A stretch of DNA of 64,000 nt from Octopus vulgaris (GCA_951406725.2 OX597823.1:46128001-46192000); one strand, 5' to 3'. Positions 26,727 through 40,348 are shown, numbered from the stretch's first letter. The notes: generated by a model from the letters alone, not told the origin. Numbers and translations: made by a program.

Positions 26727-26945
26727 AAGGCGACGAACTGGCTGAATCGTTAGCACACCATGCAAAATGCTTAGTGGCATTTCACCCGTCATTACGTTCT
26801 GAGTTCTAACTCCGCTGAGGACGACTTTGTCTTTCATCCTTTCAGGTTCGGTAAAATAAGCACGTTTGAGCACTGGACTCGAAGTAAGCGTCCTAACACT
26901 TCACCCGAAAAGGGGTGGCTTTCTACCAAAATTTGAGACTAATAT
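26727..26945 (+). mobile_element. SINE family B, older variant
   Basis: AAGGCGACGAACTGGCTGAATCG...GTTCTGAGTTCTAACTCC...CTTTCATCCTTTCAGG...CCAAAATTTGAGAC. Confidence 0.85.
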
Positions 26946-27009
26946 TACTAAAACTTTTAAATTTTGGCACAAGGGCAGAAATGTTAGGGGATTGGGTAAA
27001 AAGATTACA

Positions 27010-27418
27010 GGCACAGGAGTGGCTGTGTGGTAAGTAGCTTGCTAACAAACCACATGGTTCCGGGTTCAGTTCCACTGCGTGGCATCTTGGGCAAGTGCCT
27101 TCTGCTATAGCCCCGGGTCGACCAATGCCTTGTGAGTGGATTTAGTAGACGGAAACTGAAAGAAGCCTGTCGTATATATGTATATGTATATATATGTATG
27201 TGTGTGTGTTTGTGTGTCTGTGTTTGTCCCCCTAGCATTGCTTGACAACCGATGCTGGTGTGTTTACGTCCCCGTAACTTAGCGGTTCGGCAAAAGAGAC
27301 CGATAGAATAAGTACTGGGCTTACAAAGAATAAGTCCCGGGGTCGATTTGCTCGACTAAAGGCGGTGCTCCAGCATGGCCGCAGTCAAATGACTGAAACA
27401 AGTAAAAGAGTAAAAAGT
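27010..27418 (+). mobile_element. Full-length SINE family A nested in an inverted B copy
   Basis: GGCACAGGAGTGGCTGTGTGG head, B box GGTTCAGTTCC, tail GTAAAAGAGTAAAA; host B pieces at 26955-27008 and 27440-27555. Confidence 0.95.
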
Positions 27419-27851
27419 ATCGGTCTCATTGCTTTTTTTTTTTAATCGACCCAGAAAGGATGAAGCGCAATATCGAACTCGGCGTAAATTATATTAAGAA
27501 CGTAAAGAACAGTCGCTCAGTATTTCGTTCGAGACGCTAACGCTTCTGCCTGCTAACAGATTGTAATAAAAACCATTATTATAATTATTATTAATATACT
27601 ATTGGCTTCTACGTAACTTGCCTCTTGCAATTTCACTGAGGCCACATACAGTAGCAGGCACTTGTTCAGGCTGCCAAACAAAGGACAAAACTTATGTCTA
27701 CGAGGCTGCGAAAAGTACCACATGTACATGACGTTTACACACACACACACACACACAAGATATAATACGCGCGCACGCAAACACACTTGCACCCGCGCGA
27801 ACACACTCACAGACACACGTGCATACTTCTCTTCTTCTGGCTTTCTCTCTT

Positions 27852-28027
27852 TATATATATTCAATGTATATATGTATATAATACATATATGCATATAATA
27901 TAACATATATATATATATATATATATCACAACACACACAGATACATACATGTACTGATATATATATATACATACGTACACACATACATACATACATACAT
28001 ACATACATACATACATACATACATACA

Positions 28028-28063
<36 letters not shown>

Positions 28064-28072
28064 TACATATAT
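27852..28072. repeat. TA/(TACA)n microsatellite field
   Basis: Directly visible. Confidence 0.9.
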
Positions 28073-28555
28073 CATAAATCAGGATGCAAGTGTATCAGGC
28101 ACTTAAATGATAAGGCCTCAGGTATGGTCGAAAAATAGTATGTGTATAGAACAAAAAAAGAGGGCTACATATGAGGGTAATGAGGTACAGGCAGAAAGAT
28201 ATTCAGGTTATGTACACGATTAACTGTACCCGATTTAATATATCAATAATGCTGAGGCTGATCAAGAGACGCACATTGCACTAAATGTGTGGTCCATAAT
28301 ATACTTCGGATCTACAGGAGGAGCAGATTCTGAGTGAGGTGAATAATAAATAAGCAATAACAGGTGGATAATGTGTCAATCCACCACACCTGTTTCCAAC
28401 GAAATATTAATTGATTTAATTGTGACATCACATCCTTAGAAAAACCTGTTTTCCTCAGGTTAATACACAAATCACAACCTTCAAGAACATTCAAAAGGTA
28501 ACGGCATGCGCCACTTCATGATTCTATGACCCTTGCCGGTCATAGATTATATGTG

Positions 28556-28617
<62 letters not shown>

Positions 28618-28679
28618 GAGAGAGAATAGATATATATATATACATATATATATATATGTGTGTCTGTGTGTGTGTGTGT

Positions 28680-28978
28680 GTGGAGGCACATGGCCTAGTG
28701 GCTAGAGCAGCGAACTCGCGGTCGAGGGATCACGGGTTCGAATCTCAGACAGGGTGATGTGTGTGTTTATGAGCGAAATACCTAAGCTCCACGCAGCTTC
28801 ACCAGAAGGTAATGGCGAACTTCTGCTGACTCTTTCGCCACAACTTTCTCTCTCTCTTTCCTCCTGCATCTTGCAGCTCACCCGCGACGGACCGGCGTCC
28901 CGTTATGGTGGGGAACCTATACGCTAAGGAAACCGGTAAACCGGCCCTTATGAGAAGTGGCTCGAGAAGGAACAAACA
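28680..28978 (+). mobile_element. tRNA-Arg-like SINE family C
   Basis: A box TGGCCTAGTGG, anticodon-like CTCGCG (TCG), B box GGTTCGAATCT; tail GAAGGAACAAAC; second copy at 54410-54715. Confidence 0.93.
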
Positions 28979-29065
28979 TATATATATATATATATATACA
29001 CACACATTCACCTCGCATGCACACATATCAATATGCGTGAGTGCGTTTGTGTGTGTGTGTGTGCA

Positions 29066-29162
29066 GGTAGGTAGGTAGGTAGGTAGGTAGGTAGGTAGGT
29101 AGGTAGGCAGGCAGGTAGGTAGGCAGGCAGGCAGTTAGGTAGGTACGTAGGTACGTAGGTAG
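29066..29162. repeat. (AGGT)n/(AGGC)n microsatellite
   Basis: Directly visible. Confidence 0.9.
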
Positions 29163-29416
29163 TTGGGCAGGTACATGCATATGATGTATATGATATAGTG
29201 ACTTTCAACTTTTAATTGTTTCAGTCGTTGGAGTGCGGCCATGCTGTTACACCGCTTTGAAGTGTTTAGTCAAAAGTATGATAATTATTCTAATGGAGCA
29301 ATTGCCGAACAGGTAAATTATGGTCACATAAATAAACTAACACCGGTTATCAAGTGGTGTGTGGGACAACACACATGCACACACACCCATACACACATAT
29401 CTATATACAAATGTAC

Positions 29417-29578
<162 letters not shown>

Positions 29579-31609
29579 ACACACATTCATTCACATTTAC
29601 TCATGTATGTGTGCAATTATTTTCATATGGGCATACATTATGTATAACGTAGGTAATTTAGATATGTTCCCGACTAAAGATTGGCCCAGGCCATGTCAAT
29701 TGTAAATCAAAATTTGTGTTATCATAGCCCATTCAAGTAGAGAGTTGTTGTTGACTGAGATGTATCTATAATGCATTAGGGATTAGAAACACCTACGCTA
29801 CAAATTAGGCTGGTCTAATTTTATCAACATTGTAGCAACTAAGCAGATAATAGCTTCACCTTAGATAAAGCATATACACAGGATAAAAATCGAATTATAT
29901 TCTATGATGCAATTTAAATTTTTAAACTGCAAAATAACTTCTCATTTTGTTCTTTGTCTATGTTTTTCACTAGTAATCGTTTATCGTCTGCAAAATAGAT
30001 TTATTTATTGGTACAGAAGATGTTTGCTGACGACATATTTTCAAAGAATGTAAGAATTGATTCTCAATAAAAATACATGGACAATAATACACGTCAACGG
30101 CTGTCTAAATAACATGTAATAGTTTCCTTAAACTAACTCAGTTTAAGAAAAATACTAAAATCCATCCACTTAGGTTTCATTCAACTTTTTCTTGTCAAAA
30201 TCTAATTATCGGAAATTCGTCCTGTTTAGTATTTTAGTATTTTCTCTTTGAAACGCATCAATTTAAAACTATTCTCATGGAAGTTCCCTGCATTTTATTA
30301 TTATTTTTTTTTATATTCTAAACGGGAAATAATGTCAGTGTTAAATGTTATTGTTCACCAGAATTCTTCAAATGAAAAAAGAAATTTTAATGTAAGTCTA
30401 GCTGAAATTTAATAATTTATTGTGGGTTTTACTGTTGGAAACGTATTTTTTTTTAATTATCTCAAAGTGATATGGTAGCCTCTAATTTCTGCTGCCGACA
30501 TCATTCACAAACACAAAGAATGCATTAAAAAAAGGAATGAGGTGATATTAACAAATAGAAAATTCGCACAAAACACTTCTTTTGCTCTTTAAAAAAACAG
30601 TTGAGATTATTTTATAAAATTCATCGGTCGATTTTTAAAAAAATTGAAATATTGAATTAAGAAATACCGGTTTTTATCAAAGTAATTCATCAATCAAATT
30701 GAATTAAATTTCTTTTTTTAATCATAAAAACGTATTTCTATTTCCTTTTGTAGAGTTCCTTTACCTAAATTTACTTTTCTATCTATTGCATGATACAATA
30801 TTTTAGTGAGGTTTACTGACTTTTGCAAAACTGCAATTAGATAACAGTTTTGGAACTGATCACACGAATATGCCTCAAGCTATCTAACGTTTCACAAGTT
30901 AAACACTTCTGTATTGAAAACAATGCTGGATGTTGCAGTTTGCATTTCAGAAATATATGATAGAGCCAGCCATTTATCATTAACTGGCCTGTATGTGGGA
31001 CAAGCATGAATAAATTAACTATAGTATCCATTTCCTAAATATTTGATTGTTATAGTTATGGTGTGTATGGGTATTTTGTTTTTGTCAACAGTCAACTGAG
31101 ATTGTTCAAGAAAATGAGTAGACAGAAATGGCTTCAACCGGAATACTTGGCCGTGTGCATCTTCATCTATATTGTTTCCTAGCGGTTAGTATTGTTGATT
31201 AACCTGATTAAAGTTACAATTAACCCAATATACAAGTAAGATATATATGTATATATAAAAAATGAAAGACAATTAATTGAATATGCGAGAAATTATTATT
31301 AATCACGACAATTGTTCCGACACATCTTGCATCGATTCCTCTTGTGGGACACTCAACAACTGGTTCAGCAACATTCAGTGGTGTAGATGTTTCTCGTCGA
31401 GTGATAGATAAATAAAAACAACCCATTAAAATGATTGTTCTACGATGTAACTTACAGTTTTGTAGAGAGAAAAACAGCCAGGCGGAGGGAAAAATCTTCA
31501 TATATATATATAGATCAAAAATAAAATTGTAGAAGACAAAAAGAGAAACGAACACGTAGTCCAGCGAAAAATGTATTGAAAATAACCCTTAACAGTTATG
31601 GATATATAA

Positions 31610-32002
31610 TGGAATGGAAGCACTCCGTCGGTTACGACGACGAGGGTTCCGGTTGATCCGAATCAACGGAACAGCCTGCTCGTGAAATTAACGTGTAAGT
31701 GGCTGAGCACTCTCCACAGACACGTGTACCCTTAACGTAGTTCTCGGGGTATATTCAGCGTGGCACAGAGAGTGACAAGGCCGGCCCTTTGAAATACAGG
31801 TACAACCGAAACAGGAATTAAGAGTGAGAGAAAGTTGTGGTGAAAGAGCACAGCAGGGGTCACCACCATCCCCTGCGGGAGCCTCGTGGAGCTTTAGGTG
31901 TTTTCGCTCAATAAACACTCAGAACGCCCGGTCTGGGAATCGAAACCGCGATCCTATGACCGCGAGTCCGCTGCCCTAACCACTGGGCCATTGCGCCTCC
32001 AC
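31610..32002 (-). mobile_element. tRNA-Arg-like SINE family E, full length
   Basis: Head GTGGAGGCGCAATGGCCCAGTGGTTAGGGCAGCGGACTCGCGG...GGTTTCGATTCCC; TSD GGAT(A/G)TATAA at 31600-31609 and 32003-32012. Confidence 0.93.
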
Positions 32003-32259
32003 GGATGTATAAACACCCTCGGGCAAGCAGCATGGCACGAGCACACACGCTCATACAAGTATCAGCAAAAATGTGAGCATACGCACACGTGAGGTTTGGT
32101 GCAGTCATGATCACAAAGCCAGTTAGCTATTTACTTGGTGTTTAGAAGAACGGGGGAGGTTAAAAGTAAAGTTAAGCCATCCATACCTTAAAGTAAATTA
32201 AATTACATTCAGTTAACGGTTACTCAAAGTTCATTCTCACTGCATTGTGCGAAAGTATA

Positions 32260-32560
32260 ATTATATGCGTGTACGCATCTCGAGAGTCGTTCAGAAATTC
32301 TATTAAGCATCTTCTCGTTAGTCCACAGAATAGACAGGGATTCCTCGGAGCAGAGACGACATCTCCTGGAAATTACATTGTATGGTTTTTGCATGTCTAA
32401 CTATGGACCATTTAATGTTGTACTTTGTTTTACCCTCCTTCAGTCGCCATATACGATCTGCCAAAGATGTCGAAAAATTGGGTAATGGTGTCTTTAAGTT
32501 CATTGTAAATGACATGATGCTGTCATTGACGATCTTATAGGTGAATTGAAAAGGAGCACA
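32260..32560 (-). mobile_element. Penelope-like element GIY-YIG C-terminal fragment
   Basis: LADRIWRLKEGKTKYNIKWSIVRHAK then, across a frameshift, RRCRLCSEES...MLNRISE...RCVH; matches the Penelope C-terminal pattern HIWxLK...W.I...C.LCxxEK...LNxRxE...CRH. Confidence 0.8.
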
Positions 32561-32624
32561 GGAATGTATCGAACAGCTATTCGTGAATAAAACCTTGTCG
32601 TGTGAAGTAAGAAGACACTGTTAT

Positions 32625-33072
32625 CAGGGCCGGTTTGAGGCCCATAAAAGCCCTAAGCACTTCAATGGTTTTGGTACCCCTAAGTATATGAAAATGGTTC
32701 AAAATGTAAACAAAATTGACTCAAAATATAAACAATAATAAATCATAAAATATATATATTTTTTTTTACTTTTCAGAATAACACAAAATTAACTGATGGA
32801 AAATAATGTTTATTTTTCTATGCTTCCACTATTTATATTTGAAAAATGTTCCCTTTGTTTGTTTGTTTTTTTATTGCAAAGTCTTCGATGATATCGTTAA
32901 AATTAATTTAACGTAAATCTTCTGCTTCTATACTTAGTAGAGATAAGGCATTACGGATATTATTTCAGCAAGTTTAAAGTGATTTCTTTCGTGCTGTAAA
33001 CTATTTTCATCTATGCGGTGCCTTCCCCGTCCCTTGACGTGCTTATTTTGCTTCATGGTTGATCCAGCGCTG
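32625..33072 (-). mobile_element. Non-autonomous hAT DNA transposon
   Basis: Imperfect TIRs CAGGGCCGG / CCAGCGCTG; 8-bp TSD ACTGTTAT (32617-32624) and ACTGTAGT (33073-33080); minus-strand hATC dimerisation remnant RNALSLLSIEAEDLR*INFNDIIEDFAIKK. Confidence 0.85.
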
Positions 33073-33699
33073 ACTGTAGTAACCTTCTGTGCTATGACTT
33101 AATTACAAACAGGTATTTGATTCCCTTCCAAACAAATGGCTTTGAAATCAGTACAACTGGTAAAATTAACTACTGCCTTAGTATCCATCATCGAAAGGCT
33201 CGTGAAAACCTGGTCTATAATCCTCACACTTGTAAATGCAGTGGAAGGATTATCTTTATTTCCTCAGGAATATTACAAGTCGACAATCTGTCGGTACGTC
33301 TATTCATTTTAGCCTAAATCCGTTGTCATTTCCTTGTAAGAACTATGTTCTAATGTATGTCCACAGACTATGGTCTAGTGTATACAACAGCAAAAAACAG
33401 AAAGAATTGCCATTATTTCTTCGAGGATAATTAAAGTATCTATGATCGAAATATTGACAGTGCCGAAAACAGCAGGAGTTAATTACAATATGTAGTACTG
33501 ATATAAAAATGAAGATTGGACTAGAGAAATGTTAAGGCAAAAAATGTGTAAGCCAAATCTCCAAATGTTTTCATGCCAAGTTTCTGTATGTCTCTTAATG
33601 TGCACAACTAGGTATACAAATACTGAAATACTGATGAAAATATAGCATATAAAGGTGCTGTGTACAAAGATAGACTGACCAATGTATAGTATGCCAAAT

Positions 33700-34460
33700 T
33701 TAAATATATATCAGTCAGATCTTGCTTTTTATAGTATGACAACTTCCCACAAAACATTTATAGTGCTCGTTCATCTTTCGGAGAAATTAGCTCCATAGAT
33801 ATTAAAACACGCATAATCCTAACGTCCACTGCAAAAACAGCGATATTGACAGACTATTCCAGAAGAAAAGGTTACGTTTTTTGCATTCTAGACTGTGGAG
33901 ATAGCTATGAAACATCTAAATAAAGAAACGGAACATTGCACTCCTTAAACTCCCACAATACAACCGCAAGTGTCAATTATGCTACACTTACTTATATGGA
34001 AGACATAACAGATGTAATCAACAGTTTTCCGATATTTCATCTCCTGCTTAATCATGATGATGTTAAAATGATATACAATCCCATCTGCAGAAACGTCTGC
34101 CTCGCGATAAATACAAACAACACTGTTTCTATAAAATACAGATATATATATATATCAACACAAGGAATAATTACGGAATATTTCCATCTAAGCTTCTGTC
34201 TCGGTCAAACGTTATGCCTCACACAGTTACTTGTAACTGGAAAGAAAAAAATCATGTACAGTAACAGAGGTTAGCTGTCCAGCAGACGTGAACATCTCTT
34301 TGAAGATCAACGAGATGGAGAATATTTATAGACAACGACTTCTCAACCTGCAACTCCTCTGCCCTGGTTATAATTTTACATTTATGCCAATAATCATTGA
34401 AGCACTTGCATATGTTAGTAGATTTCCAAACTGCAATTTGAAAAGCGTGTTAGTTGTCTC
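33700..34460 (+). mobile_element. Degenerate RLE-type non-LTR retrotransposon 3' part
   Basis: EDITDVINS, LLNHDDV and YRQRLLNLQLLCPGYNFTFMPIIIEALAYV resemble the CCHC/RHD region and the PIIVGALG end of R2/R4-type elements. Confidence 0.6.
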
Positions 34461-34479
34461 AGTGTGGCCTCTATAAAGA

Positions 34480-34900
34480 CGATTCTAACAGTCATTTGAG
34501 AAATGCATTGTTTTAGCAGCCTGCCGTGTCTGTAATGTTTTGCCTTTTGCCGAAAGGATAGGAAAATCTCTCACAAAACCTTCGATACTAAGTGATCGAT
34601 TGTATCTGTAGAGTGGTTGAGGGCAAGTGTATGTTGACCAAAGATTCTTTACGTTTGTGGTAAAGTACTAAAGATAGAAGTGTCTAGTATCATCTCTAGA
34701 AAGTTGGCCTTAATGAAACTGTCTTCTACAATGATTTGAAGACTTGATTTTTTTATGATGTTGTATAGGTTTTTCGTAACATATTTAGGGAGCTCAGTTG
34801 CAATTGTTGAGTGTGATATGGCATACGCCTCTGTAAAACATTTCTTGGACCACTGGAATATGTCCATTATCATAGCAATTTGTTTCTAGGGTAACACTCA
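34480..34900 (-). mobile_element. Penelope-like RT C-terminal fragment
   Basis: KNLYNIIKKSSLQIIVEDSFIKANFLEMILD resembles Penelope IFKxxGLxITIE...VNFLDVTLD, followed by an NH(P)-like motif. Confidence 0.55.
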
Positions 34901-35319
34901 GCTTCATTATGAGCCCCCACCACAATATACATGATCACGACGACGTTCATTATCATCATCATCATCATCACCATTATCTACACCATCCTCATCATCTTTA
35001 CATGTAACACAGTCTTATTTATCTCTATTATCTTCATCATCTGCTACCCCTGCCACCTACTTAGGACCGTTCTAAACCGTTATGATCTTCATCATCATCC
35101 CTAATTACTTCCCTTTCAATCTTCACATTCTATTTCAACGCCACTCTAATCAGTATTGCTGGTGCTAGTGACCCAACCACCACAACTGCCGCCATAATAC
35201 TATCAGACCCACCGTTATCATGTCGTTCCTGGTGTCACTCACTCTGTATTTGCTTGGCTTATTACATATGGTGTGTGTATGTATGAATGAATGTACGTAC
35301 GTTTGTTTGTCTATATGTA

Positions 35320-35359
35320 TGTGTGCGTATGTATATATATGCGTGTGTGTATGTGTGTG

Positions 35360-35400
<41 letters not shown>

Positions 35401-35440
35401 ATACATATGTATGTTATTATCTATCTATCAATCTACCTAC

Positions 35441-35510
<70 letters not shown>

Positions 35511-35570
35511 GTCTGTCTGTCTGTCTGTCTATCAATCTATCTATTTATCTATCTATTTATCTATTTATCC
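35320..35570. repeat. TG/TA/(TATC)n compound microsatellite
   Basis: Directly visible. Confidence 0.95.
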
Positions 35571-35597
35571 TTCCATCTCTTTCTCTATATATACATA

Positions 35598-35995
35598 CAA
35601 GCGGTATCGCCCGGCGTTGCTCGGGTTTGTAAGGGAAATAACTATATAAGCATTTTTAGAGAGTTATAGCCAAAAAATAGCAAAAAAATCCATTAAAAAT
35701 GGAAACAAAACGATGGTAATTTTTTTTTAAATCGTTGACTCATCGTAGACATTTTTAGAGAGTTACTTCCCTTATATAATAGCGAAAAAATGCATTAAAA
35801 TGGAAAAAAAATGATGGTAATTTTTTTTTAAAATCGTAGACTCTTCGTAGACGCGCGCTAATACCCAGAAGGGCTCGATATGAATCACGACTATAAGATA
35901 CCCGGTTTTGGTTAAACTGCACCGCAAAATGTGGGAGTAGTTAGGAATCTAAATCGTAGGAGACAGACACACAACCTCTCTTTTATATATAAAGA
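35598..35995 (-). mobile_element. Non-autonomous Helitron, copy 1
   Basis: Minus strand begins A|TCTTTATATATAAAAG and ends with hairpin CCCGAGCAACGCCGGG then CTTG|T (CTAG mutated); no TSD. Confidence 0.88.
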
Positions 35996-36029
35996 TATGA
36001 ATATATATTTATATATGTGTGTGTATAAA

Positions 36030-36450
36030 TATCATCCTGCAGGGTGCCCAAATCGCCCTCTTCACAAAGCTAGTTTCATGGGGTTGCCGGTTTAGTCGGC
36101 GACGACCCGACTGTGCGACAGATTGTGCTGGGTTACATGTTACTAGTAGCACTCGAGATTGACCTGACGTAAACATGTCAAACGGCGGAGCAACTTGTAA
36201 GAGAGTCGATGGCCTTCCAATAGTCTGTATGTAGAGAAGTTAACCTCGATGCTAATAAAGTCAGCGAGTCAAGGACGCGAAGTTATAGTGAAGAAAAGTT
36301 GGGCGTGTTGTTATTCATTCTATATATGATCTTCATTTGGCAAAACAACACGACGCATTCTGGGAGGAAGAGCCATTTCAGGCATCGGTCAGTCTAGTCC
36401 CAAATAATCCAGTTAGCGGATTATTGCTAGTTTGATAGAACTGGCAAATC
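36030..36450 (+). mobile_element. Probable LINE 5' UTR fragment (RTE-like)
   Basis: GC- and CpG-richer non-coding block between microsatellites; the class call rests only on remembered resemblance to cephalopod RTE 5' ends. Confidence 0.3.
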
Positions 36451-36541
36451 AAATCATTCTAGTTACATTCAAACACTGTAGAGTTCCGAAATCCCATAGT
36501 GTCACCAATTGAAGACTGGGTGAGTAGTATTAGTAGGTTTG

Positions 36542-36559
36542 GTAGTAGTAGTAGTAATT

Positions 36560-36625
<66 letters not shown>

Positions 36626-36628
36626 TAC

Positions 36629-36662
<34 letters not shown>
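36542..36662. repeat. (TAG)n, (TA)n, (TG)n microsatellites
   Basis: Directly visible. Confidence 0.95.
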
Positions 36663-37810
36663 TTGTATGTGGGGGTGGAGGTGTACACATTGGGTGTTGA
36701 GGTGTTGACACATGAAAGACAGACAGACAGATAGCAAAAGAGAGCCGGACAGACAATCAATAGCTGAGAGACGTATACAAAATGTATGTCAGTGTATGTT
36801 TTTTCTATAACCACGTCTAACTAAAATCTTATCGCGGCCTCCACATATATATCATTAACGTGATAAAGAAGTGTTCTCGTTGCCAAATCTAAAATGGAAA
36901 TGTCGTAAAAATTCTGCTGCGTAATTTCTTAAGTTGCAGTTCTAGAAGTTCCTTCAGTTAAGAAACTAACCGAAATCTTGCTGACGTATATATGACAACT
37001 TGTCACCGTGAAATCCGAAACAAATGAATATAGATGTCACCTCAAATCAAATAACAATTTTTCCCCCAATAGATATTTAAACAATAAATAAATATATCTA
37101 TGAATCAAATTATGTCGGTTTCCTTAGACAATGACCGCCATTTGTGGATTTGATATGTTTTTAATTTCAAGCGTGGGATTCTAGTATCGACAGTAGATTA
37201 CAACTAGATTGTATTTATAGGGGATTATCCTTATTTTATGGCTTCTTTCTTTAAGCAAGAAAACGTTAATACACCACAGGCATCACACACACTCAAACAC
37301 AAACTAACACACACGCACAAACACACACGCACAGACACACACAGACACATGTACACGCAACCATATGTGTATACAGCATGTTTGAATACAGAAACATAAA
37401 ACTTGCACTGCGAAATATGCCCTTCATCAGCTTGAAACTAGAGATCCCAATGTTTTCGACATGTTCGAAGATACTACTCTTTCCATCGTTATAAAATAGT
37501 ATTGTTGGTACAAAGGGTTGTCTATATCTTTGTTTTTCACATATAGTATCACATTTTTATTTCTGTTATTTATGCAACTACTACACTCTATCGGATGCAT
37601 ATGTAACTGATTCAACTATGCAGTCATTATTTAGTCTTAAAATTGAGCAAGAATTTGATGTTCACAGTCGACTTTGATGTTTATTTTCCATGCATCTGTC
37701 ATGATGAATGATGTGGTCAATTTGTTCGACTAAAACCCCTGAGGTGGTGCTCCAGCATGACTGCAGTCAAATGGCTAAAACAAGTAAAAGAATCTGTGTG
37801 TGTGTGTGTA

Positions 37811-38400
37811 TACAGAGTATGCAGGCTAAATTTGACGATTTTTATATATCCGTTTTTAAGGTGTAGCTTCATGCATTTCTGAACAGTCAACGCCGTTGGA
37901 GGGAGAAAAGATTAAATTTGCAATCGAGAAAATGTTAGCTGACATGGTAGACTGCAAATTGTTTGAATATTGGAAAAGAGTTACTTGTATCAAGATGATC
38001 CGCAACGGATATCATAAACGCTGACATCTTGACTGCTGCTCAATGCTCTGTGAACGCTGTAAAGGCTGTAAGGCATTACATGGACGTAATAAAAACCAAC
38101 TTCCCCCAAGCTATGATGACATTTGAGTATGTCTCTAATGAGAGTCTTAGGCTCAATTCAGACGGCTATGTGAAATTGCGAGAGACTGTAGTTAAACCCT
38201 GGATGGAGACGGTTTCTGATGGAAGGCCATATACGTGGCATCAGAATCCTGTTCCTTGTCATATCTCTGAAAAGAGACAGAAGTAATTGTAGGAGAATTT
38301 CTGGCGTCCTAATTCCCCCGACTACCTACCACGACTGTAATGCCATGGATTACTGTGTATGGGGCACCATTAACAAAGTCACCTACAACACCAAGGTTTC
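37811..38400 (+). mobile_element. Deleted Tc1/mariner (maT-like) transposon
   Basis: Starts TA|CAGAGTATGCAGG; transposase remnants LRLNSDGYVKLRETVVKPWMETVSDGRPYTWHQNPVPCH and PNSPD...DCNAMDYCVWG. Confidence 0.8.
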
Positions 38401-38419
38401 AAATATTTATATGCCTCCT

Positions 38420-39260
38420 TTGAGATTGGATACAGTTTCTTACCATGTTGGTGTTGTCTTGTCAGTTGTATCATCCAGCCAGTGATACTTTGGACGTACA
38501 TTTGGTATCCAGTTTCAAACAGAAGCTGCTTCAGTACATAGTCATTTGTTCTGACCTTATAGTGATTTAATATGTTGTTCTGAATCTTTGGTAGTTGATC
38601 TCTCTCATTCGTTTCTAAATGTTTAGAAATGCCTAACTCTCACAGGATCCTGGATTTTGCCTCACATATTTCCTCTTTATTGGTTTCAGCAAATGCGTGA
38701 TGCATTGCAGCTTCAGGTCCACTCCTACTTTCTCTTATCTCAGTTTTAGCTTGACTATTCCCTACGCCAGAATTATGTTCAGAAGCATCTCTGTCAATAG
38801 GATGAATAATGTTTTCCTGTTCATCATTCCTAGTAATTGCATCGTGTGCTTCACTTCTATTTTCTGCATGATAATAATTTTTTTTATTGTATCATATTCT
38901 GCGAGTGTTAGACAATTGTTATGCATGACGTCTCTGCATGCGTTGGCTGGATTGTTTTGCATCAATATAATCACAGATCTTGTCCCCTATCATTCCTTTC
39001 CAGATATTGAAACACAACTCAGTTTTATTAAAAATCTGACAGGCTCTGTGCGGTGTAGAATGCTGTCATGACTAGGTCGTACTCCTTTCCCGCCCATCTG
39101 TTTTTAGTGGTTATTTTGACGTTTGCTTTATTTGGGGTTTGTCTTAAGGTGTCAGGGTTGATTTCTCTCATGATAATTTTCAGCGGAGTTTGTTCCACCT
39201 GACAAGTTTTCGACCTCAAGTTGGTTCCTGCCTGAAAGATACGACTCCTCACCACCAGCG
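38420..39260 (-). mobile_element. Old R4/Dong-like LINE 5' (N-terminal) fragment
   Basis: KNRWAGKEYDLVMTAFY and ANACRDVMHNNCLTLAEYDTIK resemble the N-terminal domain of R4/Dong ORFs (compare 48800-48960). Confidence 0.55.
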
Positions 39261-39472
39261 TGACGGACAATGCGGTATAATTTATTTCTAGTCCGTATTT
39301 TATATGAAGAATCCATTTGAGCCTTACTGGAAATAAGTAATTTTCGTCATTACACTAAACAGATTCAAGGGTGGAGGTGCAGGTTCTGTCCTTTTTCATT
39401 CAGGTGGGTTGTTCTGCGCTGGTCACTGACCAATTACGCACAATCATGCTGCAGAGGGTTCAGCGGCGTTGG

Positions 39473-39617
39473 ACACCACTACCACCACCACCACTACCAC
39501 AACCACTACCACTACCATCCACCACCGCCGCCGCCGCCACCACAACCATCGCCGCCGCCACCACCACCGCTGCCACCACCACCGCTGCCACCACCACCGC
39601 TGCCACCACCACCGCCA
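39473..39617. repeat. GC-rich (CAC/CGC) triplet repeat with a 15-bp higher-order unit
   Basis: GCTGCCACCACCACC repeated three times within a CAC array. Confidence 0.9.
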
Positions 39618-39700
39618 ATGGTCGATGGAAAAGGTATTAGTTGCACGTTAGGATCGAAGTAAATTGACAAGCCACTGGCCTTGTACCTATAGTAGAAAGA

Positions 39701-39782
<82 letters not shown>
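39701..39782. repeat. (TTA)n array, 3' flank of the Dong-like insertion
   Basis: Directly visible. Confidence 0.97.
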
Positions 39783-39783
<1 letters not shown>

Positions 39784-40348
39784 TCAGTAGTTTTATTTTT
39801 ATAGCGTGCTTTCACTTCACTACCGAGCGCAGCTCTGTGTGCCTTGGGTATGTGCTGTGATTTGTTGTGATGCTCTGATGGTTATTGTATGGAAAGTGTT
39901 CTGCGTAGGATGTGTGCAGTGCCTAGTAGTGCAATTTTCTGTATGTTATATGTGTTTGTAAGTCCTGGTGTTTTTGTTATGTATTTGTCTGAATATTTTT
40001 TTATCATGCCTAATGCACCTACTATGATAGGAATTGTTTCTGTTTTCAGGTTCCACATTCTAGTTACCTCTATTTCCAGGTCTTTGTATTTTGAGAGTTT
40101 CTCCATTTCTTTTAGAGACACGTTGTCATCTGCCGGTATTGATACATCAATTAGAAAGCATTTTTTTTCTTCATGATCTCTGACAACTATATCTGGTCTG
40201 TTGGCCTTAATTTCTCTATCTGTGTGTATCGGCATATCCCAGAGTATGGTTGCTTTCTCGTTTTCTGTGACCTTTTCTGGTGTGTGCCTATACCATCTTT
40301 TTTCTGTTGTTATTCCATAATGTTGGCATAGCTTCCAATGTATGTAGG

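Noticed and set aside
28680-28755. tRNA-Arg(TCG) gene
   Set aside because: No proper acceptor stem or terminator; it continues into a SINE body present in several copies.
30837-31031. 64-aa ORF MDTIVNLFMLVPHTGQLMINGWL...
   Set aside because: No identifiable domain; the length is compatible with chance.
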